This document shows positions 12,958-24,744 of a stretch of 64,000 nt of DNA, in pieces. A program made the translations under genes and the position numbers. Below the pieces are notes generated by a model. That model saw only the letters and a program-made list of their open reading frames with translations. It had not been told where the DNA came from and did no database searches. The stretch spans positions 7,440,001 through 7,504,000 of the forward strand of contig NC_134479.1 of the NCBI RefSeq assembly GCF_964194025.1, in the 5' to 3' direction. This DNA is from Convolutriloba macropyga (taxonomy: Eukaryota). Within the stretch, counting starts at the first letter, position 1, and each line of letters starts with the position of its first letter.

Positions 12958-15880
12958 TTAATAATAATAATAAATTGTTTACTGGTGTCTTTACAGCAGA
13001 ATAAATAGAGCACTTACACAGTTGATCAATACAAAAAAGAGCACCAGAAAGATCGCCATTAGACCATAAGGTCCGTTTTCAGGCGTCTCATAGTCGGAAG
13101 AGAAATTTCATGTTATTTATTTCAAAGTTATTCAGTGGAAATCAAAATTAAAGTGATAGCGATAAAAAAAAAACAAGGAAGGTTAGTGTTAAAATGATTT
13201 CAATTTGGTCATACTTTTTGATGAATAAATTTTCTAATTTAAGCCATAAATCAACCTAGTGAGTTGTTCATTCAGTAAAAAATAGTTTTCTAGCTTTTCG
13301 TGAGCAAAATTATTTAACTGTGTGCCGCTCAAATTTTTCACTTTTGTTACAAAATTAGAATCCAGTTTGAGAAAAACGTTTAAGAGTTTTCGGATTTTAT
13401 TTGACAGACTGTTTTCGGAAAAAGATGAATTAAGGGGGACAGCTTTAACTTGTTTTTCGCATGAGCACAGTTTTGACAGTTCATTTTGTGTAATGAAGTG
13501 ATTTATGTCCATGATGCAACTTTCACGTCTTATGCATTTTGTCATCAGTTTAAAAACTTCGTACAGATAAAGCTCCTGAGCCGAAAAAACTTTATTTCTC
13601 TCTGATGAGAGAAACTGAGTCAAACTTTTGAACAAAAAAGATTACTCTCAGTATTCTATTAATTTTCGCATCGATTTTCTGCATCGTAGCTCTACTGGCA
13701 GTACCATAGACTAGAATCCCGTATTGAACCACTGGTTTAATATAAGTGTTGAAAATCTTGATCAATTGGCTGCGATTTAAAATTCTCAATTTAAAGAAAA
13801 GTCCGCAAAATTGTACCAATTTTTTTTCTACGCGATTCGAGTGTTCTCTAAAACATAATTTTTTGTCAATCGTTATGCCCAAGTAACTTAAAGAATTTAT
13901 ATTTTGAAGGCGCTTGCCGTTCATTGTAAAGACATCACTTCTGTCATGCTTAGTCTTAAAGGTTATGGTTTTACTTTTATCCGTGTTCAGTGTAAGTTTG
14001 TTCATTTTAAGCCAGTTTTCTGTTTCAGATAAGATCTGTTGATGTTCCCGACAAGCATTTGCTTTATTTGATTTTGTGTAAACTGCAGTATCATCAGCAT
14101 AGAAAATGAAGTTTGAGCATGGGCTGTTGGTTTTCAAATCATTTATGTAAACAATGAAAAGTGGGCCTAATATAGACCCTTGTAGTACCCCGTATTTAAC
14201 TTCTGTCATTTGCGACTTCCTTTGTCCAGACTGTACAAATTGTTTCCTGTTTTTCAAATAAGTTTCCAAAATAGTATATACAGGACCCCTTAATCCATAC
14301 ATTTTACACTTTTGAAGCAGAGTTTTTCTGTCAATAGTGTCGAAAGCTTTACGTAAATCTAAAAATGTGCAATAAGTGTGCTCCGTATAAGAATGTTTTG
14401 ATGATCGTATCAACTCAACCAAACTGCTAACTGCGTCAACAGTTCCTCTTTTTTTCCCTAAAACCGAATTGTTTGCTGTTTAAAATTTCAAAGTCTTTAA
14501 AATAGTTAGAAACACGATTTAGAATAATTTTTTCAAAAGTTTTACCAAGAGTTGGTAAGAGAGATATTGGGCGAAAATTATTGGGTTCATTTTTTTCACC
14601 TTTTTTATGTAGAGGTATTACTGATGCTATTTTCAATGAGTCCGGAAAAATTCCTTCCTGAAAACATGTGTTAATCAGTTTGGATAGGTAGCGCGCGATT
14701 GAAACTGCTACAGATTTTATAAAGATATAGTTAAGATCCATATAGTCTTCGCTGTATTTTGACTTAGAATCCTGGATAACTCTAAGCACTTTTTTTTGCT
14801 CGTTGGTAACAAAAACATAGATTGAATTTGTTGATTTTTTAATGAACACTCACTTTGTCTAAACTTTTTTTTCAATTTTTCGCCAATTGTTGCAAAGAAG
14901 TGATTGAAATCTTTTACTTCCTTTTGGTTGAGATTTTGTACTTTTTCTCGCTCATTTCCGCTAAGATTTCTTATTAATTGAAAAAATTTTCTGTTTGATT
15001 TTGCTGCATGCTTTTCTATTATTTTATGATAAAATTGTTTCATTTTTACTTTCACAATATGTTTAACTTTTTTACGTTGTTCTTGGTACTTTTCTTTGGC
15101 CTCTGTTGTTTTTGATTTCATACTTTCTCTGAACATCCTATTCTTTTTTGCAGTTTCTCTTTTCAATTGGTTATCAACCCAGCTGTGATGGTTTTTATTT
15201 TTTACAACCTGCTTGGGAAGATATCTGTCCAAAATTGATTTCAGTAAAATTTGGAGCTCTTCAAACTTGTTATCAATTGTCTTGTATTTCTCACAATTTT
15301 CAAGTTTTGATATTTCATGACTCAAAACAAAATTTATTTTTTCAATTAGGGAGATATCTTTAAGTTTTTGCCAGTTTCTTGAAGTGATGTATTCAAGTTT
15401 GTTTTCCATCTGTGTTCCTGTCTGAAAACCAAGAAATACAGAATAATGATCAGATATACATGTTTTTTAAACTTTTAACTCTGCTGTAAAATTGCAAAAA
15501 AGATGTCTAAGTTTGATTTTGAGCATGCGGTTTCTCGCGTAATCGAATTTTCATCAATTATTTTCATACAACATCCTTTCATAATTTCCTTCAACGTCTC
15601 TCGTTTCTGATTGTTCTTTAAAAAATTGATATTAAAGTCACCACAGACGATATTATAAGATTGTGGTTCTATTATCAAACTTTGAAAGGGTTTCCGTGTT
15701 AACTGAATTTGGAGGCATATACATGCAAGTTACATAGATGGCGGTCTCGACGGTTCCGGTAACTCTCATAGTGAGTGCCTGAAGTCCGTTTAAATTACAC
15801 GAGTTAACAACTTTTGCTTGTAGAGATTTTTTAATAAAAATTGCAACACCTCCTCCTCTTTTTTTTCTGTTGTGGCATTT
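12958..15880 (-). mobile_element. LINE (CR1/L2-like) with near-complete frameshifted ORF2 (APE endonuclease and RT), intronic antisense
   Basis: GGGVAIF, YMPPN, IVCGDFNI, SDHY (EN); NFRPISLL, FLDLRKAFD, GVLQGSILGP, FYADD (RT); (TTA)n tail at 12958-12973. Confidence 0.92.
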
Positions 15881-16245
15881 AGATTAGTCCTGTGGGTATT
15901 ATACTGCAATTTTTGGTACTACTGATTTTTTCTGAACGAGTTTTCATCTGATCGTTTTTTGTCTGACCAACAAATGTGGGGCTACTCTTTTGAAAAACGG
16001 TTGATGTCCGAGGACATTAAGTTGCTGAACAGGTCTTTAACAGCTTTACTACAAGTCGCGAAATATGCCCCACCCCGTCAGGCTAACTTGTACTGAAGCT
16101 GGCTGCAACCATCAAAGACAGCCTCACGCCAGTAGTTAGAGACGTTAGTTTTAATCTTGTTTTGCTGTTTCCCCTATCCGGGAGTGAAAGTGAAGCTATT
16201 AAGTGAAGGAAATGTCTGCTCAACGTGCAAACTTGTAGTTATTAT

Positions 16246-16379
16246 CTGCTCTCAAACGACGTTTTGTGTAATTATATTAGTCTTGCTGGTCTTTTTTATG
16301 CGATTTTTCACTTGAACGATTTTTCGTCTGAACAATTTGACCCGTTTGAGAGCAGTCCGCCCGACGTTAGTCGGTTATG
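16246..16379 (+). mobile_element. Minimal HINE, end-family B (~135 bp)
   Basis: Perfect 13-bp subTIR CTGCTCTCAAACG / CGTTTGAGAGCAG, 3' hairpin CCGAC-gtta-GTCGG, then TTATG. Confidence 0.8.
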
Positions 16380-17054
16380 TTTGCAATTTTGCGTCTGGCC
16401 CTTTTATTTTTCGTCATCAGAAACGGGATAAACAGGTAACGCCCGACAAGAATTGAGTTTAGTCTTTCAGCTTACTAGACTCTAAGTGTGCGATTCATCG
16501 AAGCATTTTAGGATACACAAAGTCGAATGTGAGAATTTTAAATGCCGTTGTGTATTTTGGAGACGTTTTTTAGGCGAGTGATCTACTCAAATGGCTTTGA
16601 TTTGAGTGCTCTCCTTTTCCTTTCATTGATTTTTTTCTCGTGCTGTTTTTCGTGTTCGACTTCTGATTGACCTCACTTAAATGGAGTTCAGAGTTAATTC
16701 GATTTACCACTATAGATAGTAATTGGGTGCAAGGTCAAAAGAGCAAAGAAGAGGTACACTTAGTCAGTTAGAAATTAAATCAAGAAATCAATTTCCATCT
16801 TGTTCTTTTCGTTAGCGGCTAATAAACTGTGTGGCGGTCAATCGCGGCTTTTCTGAGATCCCTTGGTAAACCATTCGGCATTCCTTTTTGATTTTCCGTC
16901 TTTTTGCGCTAAATTGTTACCCGAGTTTGGTAGAGTATGTTTCCTTGGATCTTAGAGTCTGCACGTTAAACCTTTTTGTGCTTCATATATAACCGCAGTA
17001 TCCCACTTCTGGTCGTTTCCTCATTTTTGGATCGCGTTTTTTACTAAGCTTTTC

Positions 17055-17860
17055 AATAGCCGCCGTCAGCCTCTCAACGGCTTTTATTTAGGCGCTCTTC
17101 TTTTTTACAATTCAAAGAATTTGAATTATGTTGGGGCGCTGTCTTTTTTTAAGATCTGTTCACACATTTTCATGCTTTTTGAAGTGAAATTGGAGTAATG
17201 ATTTTGGTCACGCCGAAACAAGAAGTAGAGCGAAAAAGCGAGTGGTTTTGCAGCGTGAAATTCTTTGCTCTATTTTTAAAGTAGAGTGAGTATATGGTGT
17301 TTGAACAAAAATTTGCTTTCTCGCTAGTGGTTTTTTTGTTCTTGTGCGGCATTTTTACATTGATTTTCTGTTTTTTTTTGTTTTTTTTATGAATTTTTAG
17401 AAATGGTCTTCCCAATTCACTCATAGTTTTACATAAGTCACGATTTTCATGCTTGGCTTGTGACTTACTTCACTCTCTGTTTCAACTGAATGGATTCAAA
17501 ATTAATTCACGCATTGAATTAAGTAATTTAGTGAATACGGTCAGTGTCAAAACAGCAAAATCAAAAGAAACGGATAAGATAAACAGATAAAGCCCGAAGT
17601 CATAGTGCATTAGGTTATCAAAGTTCATCAGAGTGATTGCTAGCTGATATTAGTATTAAGCTTAATACCCTTCAGTTTAAAAGCTGAATTAAGTATTGGT
17701 TTAGAATCTAACTAAAACTGCTTACTGAATTGGAATCTTTTTTGAAACTCAGGAAAATTTTTTGTCAATTTCTATCTCTTCTTTTTTCTTTTTCTGTTTC
17801 AATCCCGATTTGCGTCTAGCCCGTCAACGGCGGCTATTTTCCGGCAATCTGCCGGCTATG
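17055..17860 (+). mobile_element. HINE, end-family A
   Basis: AATAGCCGC (17055) / GCGGCTATT (17830) plus CCGGCA-atc-TGCCGG-CTATG. Confidence 0.8.
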
Positions 17861-18114
17861 TTTTAAAAAGTGTCTTTTTTATTAAGTCTTCTCAATTATT
17901 CCTACTATTATTTTGCTGCAAAAGTTCAAAAAATTGAAGAGCTTCATGTATTTTTTTTATTTATCCGCATCAATTTTTCTTGTGACCGTTTTATTACTAC
18001 GTTTTTTGTATGCTTTTTGATGAACGGCTCCTTTTTGGAAGTTTTTGTCTCAAGTTACTTACCTCAGTCAAAATGTTATACGTTATCTGCTCGTCTTCGT
18101 TTTCACTGTCTTTT

Positions 18115-19045
18115 AATAGCCGCACAGCGATAGCTGGGGCTAGTTTTGGCCTTCTCTCGGATTTTTTCATTTCGTCGTCGCGATTTTTTGTTACGACCAT
18201 ATGACGTCACAACCACTTCAAATCTGCTTTTTGTTCATTCGTTCATGCAACTTCAACTGAAGTGCGTGCGTGACGTCATTTTTCGCTCTTAGTCGAACGA
18301 GTTTTTTTTCGTTCATTTGCGTGATTAAATTTTTGGTCACACTTGACTTACCTCACTCGCAAAAATGACTTCCTCTCTTTGAAATTGTCTTTTCTTTACT
18401 TTAATTCCAAGAGATAAGGTCAAATGGGTGTGTGTGACTCTAAATGAAGGTTATTAGAGAGCAGCTAATAGAGGCAGCAAAAACGTATACAAAATTTTAA
18501 TCAAAATATAACATATCAGCCTTCAATGAAAAGATGAATTTTTTGGTCTGTCTTTCTAATTGCTCTTGAACGAAGTTCATAGCAATTATTGTAAACGTGT
18601 GTTTCTTTTTTTGTGCAAAATTTTCGCTTGACAATTTTGACTTCGAGTGACTTTTGCGCCCTTGACTTTTTGCGTTTCGCGTGATCTAAAATTCTCTCTC
18701 ATTCACAATTTCAAGCAGCTGGTGGCAATCACAATTTCAAGCAGCTTGGCGGCAATTTAACACTAAAAGTCAAATGAGAATTCATTTTTTACTTTAAATC
18801 TTAATAGTGGTATACGTTAACCTCTAATGTGGTTATTTGAAGCCCACTATTGAACTTCTTAGTCCCATTTAGCCCCCCCCCCCCCGACTGAAGCAGGCTG
18901 CAATTAATTAGAGCTCCCACTAGTCGTTCGAGAGCAATTCTTCCGACGTTTAGTCGGTTATGTTTTACTGTTTTTTTTTCAAGACTGCAGATCTACGAAG
19001 CTATTGCGGCTATTTTCTGCTATTATCCGACAATGTGCTGATATG
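18115..19045 (+). mobile_element. HINE family A containing a nested family B element
   Basis: Colinear with the uninterrupted copy at 45474-45970 once 18558-18962 is removed. Confidence 0.85.
18558..18962 (+). mobile_element. HINE, end-family B (nested)
   Basis: AATTGCTCTTGAACGA / TCGTTCGAGAGCAATT subTIRs, hairpin CCGAC-gttta-GTCGG; inserted in a T run without TSD; near copy at 30943-31281. Confidence 0.85.
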
Positions 19046-19192
19046 TTTGACGCCCGTGATATACTTGATAAATGACGTTTAATATGGGTTCATGTTTACA
19101 AAACGGATATTAGTGACTATTTGATAAACGTTATGTCGATTATTGCTCGACTTAAGAACAATTTTAAATCTCAAATAGATAACAGGAGTGCA

Positions 19193-19357
19193 TGATCTTT
19201 TCCGCTTGTGCCCCCCCCCCCCAGTACGTTATGCTCCGCCCAGTTACAGAGCACGTTCCATTGCATAGTAAACTGTTATGTAAAATTATGGAACGGACGT
19301 AGGGGGGTGCATGCAAATAATATGTACCCACTAAGCGGGGGGACACGGAAAAGATCC
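19193..19357. mobile_element. Merlin-like MITE
   Basis: Same TIRs as 8132-8235; flanks ggagtgca / ggagtgct. Confidence 0.85.
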
Positions 19358-19419
19358 GGAGTGCTTGCCATTTAAAAGGTCGGTTTTGGCATTGAAAATT
19401 TTTTATTGTCTTGCGATAG

Positions 19420-19538
19420 GTTCCTACTGTGGTGAGAGGAATCTGACAGTGCAGAAATGTGTGGGAAGTTGTGGTGCTTCTTCTTCCACTCCTATCTCTC
19501 TTGCTGACCCATCTGGACTACATGACCTATACTACACT
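19420..19538 (+). CDS. Internal exon, CTCK domain (CxGxC)
   Basis: Acceptor ttgcgatag, donor act|gtaagt; GSYCGERNLTVQKCVGSCGASSSTPISLADPSGLHDLYYT; phase 1/0. Confidence 0.9.
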
Positions 19539-20015
19539 GTAAGTTAATATCACGTGCTTTTTAATTTCTCTCAAACAAAGTTTGTAGCCATTATATTAGC
19601 CCTGTTGGTCATTTTTAATGCAATTTTTCGCTTGCACGATTTTCCGTCTGACCCATTTGACTTTTCGTCCTCAAAAACGGGATAAACAGGTAGCGCCCAG
19701 AGGGCTTTACTTGCTCTTAGAGCCTCTGAGCTCACTAGTCTCCAAGTTGCGATTCGCAGAAACTGTTTTGGATACTTATACTTATGGAGTGAAGGACGGT
19801 TCTTCAAATGAAATTGACCAATTTTTCATCCGAAGTTTAGTAATTACTCTCGAACAAAGTTTGAGGCAATCATTTTACTTATGTGTGCATTCTATTCAAC
19901 ACTGAGTCAATTGTTATCGTAAAGAGTTCCGCTAATTGCTCTGCTGAGATGTCTTACATCTGGAAAGAACCTTCCGTGTGATGAATTTCTCAAATTGATT
20001 GTCTCTCTCTTTCAG

Positions 20016-20180
20016 GTGCAAGCTGGCAACGAGCAGTGGAGTCTGGCACGTGACTGTCAATGTTGCACTGGACTGATGTCTCTTGTGGACAGGAAGATCT
20101 CCTGTGACGACGGAGAACTGGTCAAGTTCCAGGTGCCAACTGCCACTGCGTGCGAGTGTCGCGACTGTGTGTCAAGGTAG
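20016..20180 (+). CDS. Last (or penultimate) coding exon, CTCK domain (CxCC...C.DG...CxC)
   Basis: Acceptor ctctctttcag; VQAGNEQWSLARDCQCCTGLMSLVDRKISCDDGELVKFQVPTATACECRDCVSR*; completes the cystine-knot Cys pattern. Confidence 0.9.
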   Translation: MQAGNEQWSLARDCQCCTGLMSLVDRKISCDDGELVKFQVPTATACECRDCVSR

Positions 20181-21010
20181 TCCCTGCACCACCACCACCT
20201 CTGCACACAACCCCAATCAGTAAGTTCTATTTTAGAAGTTGTTCAGGCTTGAAATTTGTCATGTTTACCTATAAATTATATTACCTATATATAATGATCC
20301 AGTTCATATTTTGGGATATAATGCTGACAAAGTCTCAGCTTCGCTTGAGCTTTTTGCGCAGCGGAAGCTGTCCTCGCAGTGGCACTGGGATAGTAGGTTC
20401 GAGGCGTTTCAGCTATCATTTCTTAAAAAATGAATGGATTTCGCCAATACCACTGTTGGGATGGTACGATACGTTCCTTTACCTATATCGGAGAACGCTA
20501 AATTTTAGTGGGTAAAAGTCAGTGAGGTCGAACCAACAATTCAACGTCGTTTTTAGGGAGTTTGTATTTTTTTGCCTATTTGCTTCGCATCCGAAATCAG
20601 AAACCTCGCACTCGGAAAAACTTGGAAAAATTTTGAATCAAAATTACACTGTATCCGCCATTAGCCCTCTTACAGTCCCACAGAGAAACAAAGCAGCAGC
20701 AGCACTAGCATACAGTAGATGTCACAGTCATTGCGAAGAGTTCATTCTCATTTTAAAGCTACGATTAAAACCCACAAACTCGCTGCATTTTTTTTTTGAA
20801 AAAAAAAGATTGTTTTAACCTTTATATTGAGCTCGTTGCTCTATACGTATTGTCTCACTTCGTTTTGATATTTTTAACCATTTGTGCTGTGCGTCTGTTT
20901 ATTTTGATTGTCAATACATCAGAAATATCCGACTGCTTTCATAAACTGACTTTTTAATTGATGACTGCTTGGCACCTGTTGTCTATTTCAGGTTTTTAAC
21001 TGTATTTCAG

Positions 21011-21092
21011 AAACTCAAATCTACCTCTGAACAAATGGAATTACGACAATGGAGAAATCAACGGACGACAACCGGAATTGCGAACAGACTAA
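21011..21092 (+). CDS. Possible extra terminal exon of the CTCK gene
   Basis: Donor ag|gtagtc at 20176/20177 joined to acceptor gtatttcag gives in-frame RNSNLPLNKWNYDNGEINGRQPELRTD*. Confidence 0.4.
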
Positions 21093-21265
21093 ACTTGCAT
21101 TTTGGACACTACTTAGATTAACTAAACTCACACTACCAAAAAGTTCTTAGCTCAGTGACTCAACTCAATATAACGAGTTGTTGTCAAAATCTGGTTAAGA
21201 ACGTGAGTTATAACTAATTTAATCTAACCCTAATGCTCAACTAGTCTGTTATTACAAAGACGCTC

Positions 21266-21502
21266 TCAGATCAACACGCGAAAAACTGATATGGTCTTAT
21301 CCACTCCGAAAAACTGAATTGGCAAAGGGTGGTTTGAGGTTGTTGTGGTTGAAGGGTTTTGATGAATTTGGTTGATTGGGTGAAATACGTGGATTTGATT
21401 CATGATCGCTGAGGTTGAGCGCAATTCAAATTTCTGCAAATTATCTCCGTTTTTTTCTGAGCCGAACAGCTTCTGAGCGAGGTCCTCGGGCATTCGAAAA
21501 AG
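21266..21502 (-). CDS. Candidate terminal exon of an unidentified convergent gene
   Basis: Acceptor ttgactatatttccag, then 79 open codons LFRMPEDLAQKLFG...SVFRVLI*; no recognisable domain. Confidence 0.35.
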   Translation of the reverse strand, partial: LFRMPEDLAQKLFGSEKNGDNLQKFELRSTSAIMNQIHVFHPINQIHQNPSTTTTSNHPLPIQFFGVDKTISVFRVLI

Positions 21503-22342
21503 CTGGAAATATAGTCAATATTTAATTTCTACAACTGGCTATTTTGAATCAAAGTAATCTCCGAAGCAAATTAATTCTTAGCTAATTTCGGGCGCTTTCT
21601 TTTTATGACTCGCAGATAAGTTGCGAATTTTTTATTAGCTATAAGCTGAGCAAAGGTATTTCGGTACTCCTGACTTTAGAACTCTTTAAACTTTTTAAAA
21701 CTTTGGATTTAGACTCTTTAAACTTTCGGTTTTAGAACATTTTAAAAAAGTTCAATTGTAGTGGGACACATCTCTACGGGGTTTATTAAGGTTTGTTAAT
21801 CAAAATTTCTTGATAATCAAAATGAGTTAAAATGATGTAGGAAGTGAAGAAACATAATATCAGTGCTGATCAAAATTTGACAAGTGGAGCGAATGAGAGT
21901 TCTTTTTCATACCGCTAGTTCACGAATTTGTGACCTAAAGGAATATTCTCGAATAGGGCAAATTTTCTTGTGAGGCTTTTTTAAGCAGTTTTTTTTAACC
22001 AATAAATTATAATTAATTTTGATATCATAACTCTGGTAGTTAATTCAACAGAACAGCAGTTCAATAATTCTAAATTCAACTGTCCGTTTCAAATTTCCAC
22101 GCGTGACATGTTCGTTTATATTCTCCCCACTTTGGTCAGGTAAGAATAAAAACTCGTGATTGAAGGATTCAACAAATCGTGAATGCTTTTTCTGAATTGG
22201 CTCAACTACTGAAGTTCTCCCCACTTCATCAGGTAAGAACGCAAAGAAGAGCAGTTGTACTTTCAATTAGATGTCTTTGAGAAAATTTGTAAAATTTTTT
22301 AACTATTGCTTTCTGCTTTAAGAGGATTAAAAGAATTTATTT

Positions 22343-23762
22343 AATAGCCGTTGTCATCTCAGTCCGCTATTATTTCGCCCCTAATTTGTTTCTGTTGCTG
22401 AGAATCAAAAATTTTTGCATTACCTAATTTTGCCCCTACATTTTTCGTGAAATCTGTTTGACTTCTCTAGTTATTTTCATCCTTCGTGGATTCTGCTTTA
22501 AGTATTTTTAGGCACCAGTTACACAGCAAAGCAATCGAAAGTGAACGTAGTCAATAAGGAAAAACAAAATTGTGCTCAGTTTTAGATAACGGTTATGTGA
22601 AGTACTGTTGTATTTATTTGAAGTACTGTTGTATTTATTTGAAGTACTGTTGTATTTATTGTGTTAATCCATGTATCCTCTCATTAAGAAGCAGGAGTTT
22701 GTCCAAAAAACGAAATCCAATCCAAATATCACGTACTTCTGTTGTTTTTTTTATAAAAAACAATCAATTTTTTCTGTTTTGGTTTTGATCCCAATCGGTG
22801 TCATAAGAATCAATTGATGATATTGTCAATTTTTCGAGAAATGACTGAAAAAGGGAAAACGACTATTTTTTGTTAATTGCTTGCGGTTTTGCATTTTTTT
22901 CAAAGTTTGTTGGCCTCGTTTTACTTGCCTGTTTTTTTGTTTGCGATTAAAAAATTGCCAAGTATACGAGAGGAGGTCTTTTTTTAATATTAGGAAGTAA
23001 TAGAAATTTTCAAATTATTAATTTTATATCAATTTTGGGCTTCTTTTCTGTTGTTATTTGACTTCAGTTTTTAAATTGTTAAGTTTAACCTATTTGATCC
23101 AAGTTGCTCCAAAAGCTGGTTGTTCGGGGAAGAGGACTCCGTGAATAGTTTCCCGAATTCTGCCGGCTCAATCAAAAGAAAGTTCACTTATTAAAGATTT
23201 TTGAAATCAAGTGAGTTTGGTGACGCAAAGAATTGGAGCAAAAAAGCAGTTTGGGGTTTGAAATTTTGCCACATTAGTTTTAAGTCCACTGAAAAAAGCG
23301 CTGGACGTGTTTTCTAAGATACTCTTTCTCATTTCTGGGTCAAGCGTTCTTTCAAATCAATCAAATATCTTTGAGTTTTAGTCAAAAGTTTAACCTGTTT
23401 GTCTTTTCACGCCTTCTTTTTGTTCAATTTTACGCCCGGAAATGCCGAAAAAGTAAGAAAAGCCATTAAGTCATCTGCGTGATTAGGTGTCCGTCATACG
23501 TGAATTACCGCACTCAATAAAATGACTTGCACTGTAAACCTGAAGCGTGGTTTCAGTTAGTTTAAGGTCTCGGAAACTGTGTGTCAAAAATGTCCCGAAT
23601 CAAAGGGCTTCTCGGGAACAGAATAGAACAATCCATATCAATATATCGCTGAAGTTCTCTTATAGTTTTTGCAAAACGCCTCGATATCTCCGTTGACCCT
23701 TTTCTGTGTATTCAACGGCACAATAGTCCATTTTTTGTCATACTGCTAGTATGTCGGTCATG
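22343..23762 (+). mobile_element. HINE-like element, diverged end-family (D)
   Basis: 5' AATAGCCGTTG; 3' CAACGGC (23713), hairpin CATACT-gct-AGTATG, CATG-TT; carries the conserved core motif at 23503. Confidence 0.55.
22598..22660. repeat. 21-bp tandem repeat x3
   Basis: TGAAGTACTGTTGTATTTATT three times. Confidence 0.95.
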
Positions 23763-24744
23763 TTCTTTTTATAGCTGCGAAGCTGTAAGCTGAGCGTAGC
23801 TATATTGCGGTGCTCTTGGTTTTTTTACTACTCGAAGAGGAGTATTGGTTTTCTTAAGGTTTTTTTTACCGGAAGTACTATTCGTTCAGACGATGTTTTG
23901 AACTAAAAGCTAAAGTGAGTAAAATTGCCGTGTGAACTAATTTTTTCTGAAGAAGAGAAGTTTTTCGAGAAGGAGAGATCATGCGCTGCGTTTAGTGGAA
24001 GACTTTTTTACTTTAGAAAAGTAGTTTTTGACTGAATGGCACATATAGATAACCGTTTTTAGCGGTTTTTTCGTCTAAGTTGCCCATTTTTTTGCTGGTT
24101 ATTTGGTTTTTTTTGTAGAAATGACTTTTATTTGATGCTATATTGAAATGTAAACCTGGGAAATTGATTTTGCAGAGCCTGAAAATGCGGTTCAAGTTCA
24201 AAATTGACACATATTTTTTGAATTTTTTGTTATTTTTTGGCTTTTTTCTATTAATTTCTGCATTTGGTTCTTGCAGCCGTCTTTGTCAAAAATCAGTTAA
24301 TATGGCAACTTCCCTTTGACAATTAGTATACTGAACGCCTCTTTCTACCTCGAAGTAATTTTGTTTTATAAAATTGTACATATGTTAATCCGATTTTGGT
24401 AGTTTTTTCCAATTTTCCTGATTTTTTGTCTACATATGTTTTAATTATTAGAAATAGTCTTTTTGTGCAACATGAGAGACTTTAATTTTGTTTAAACGAA
24501 AATTAAATTATTTGTTAGCGTTAAGATTTTATAAAAAAAAAACAGCTAAAATTTTTTCATAAATGCAGTCTTAAACACTTTTTGACCACTTTTTTTTACA
24601 AAATGTTTCAATGTTTTGTATGTTTGACTTCTGCTTTTCTTTTTTTTGTTCTGTTTAGGATGGATCTTTGTTTCGGTTGACTCGTTGTCTTTTCTATGTC
24701 TCAAAGGCTGAACAATTAACTAAATGTATTTGTTTTTTTTTATT

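Noticed and set aside
10206-17424. Similar minus-strand ORFs (10206, 11304, 17170) as a gene family
   Set aside because: Incidental frames in a shared non-coding HINE module; frames are not conserved between copies.
22215-22239. Hammerheads at CTGATGA/CTGACGA sites (22226 minus, 13602, 33692, 41337, 50193)
   Set aside because: No stem II followed by a correctly placed GAAA.
21913-22266. Selenocysteine readthrough of ORF 22045-22266 (C-TGA then open frame)
   Set aside because: The downstream stretch is AT-rich and intron-like; no SECIS or selenoprotein motif recognised.
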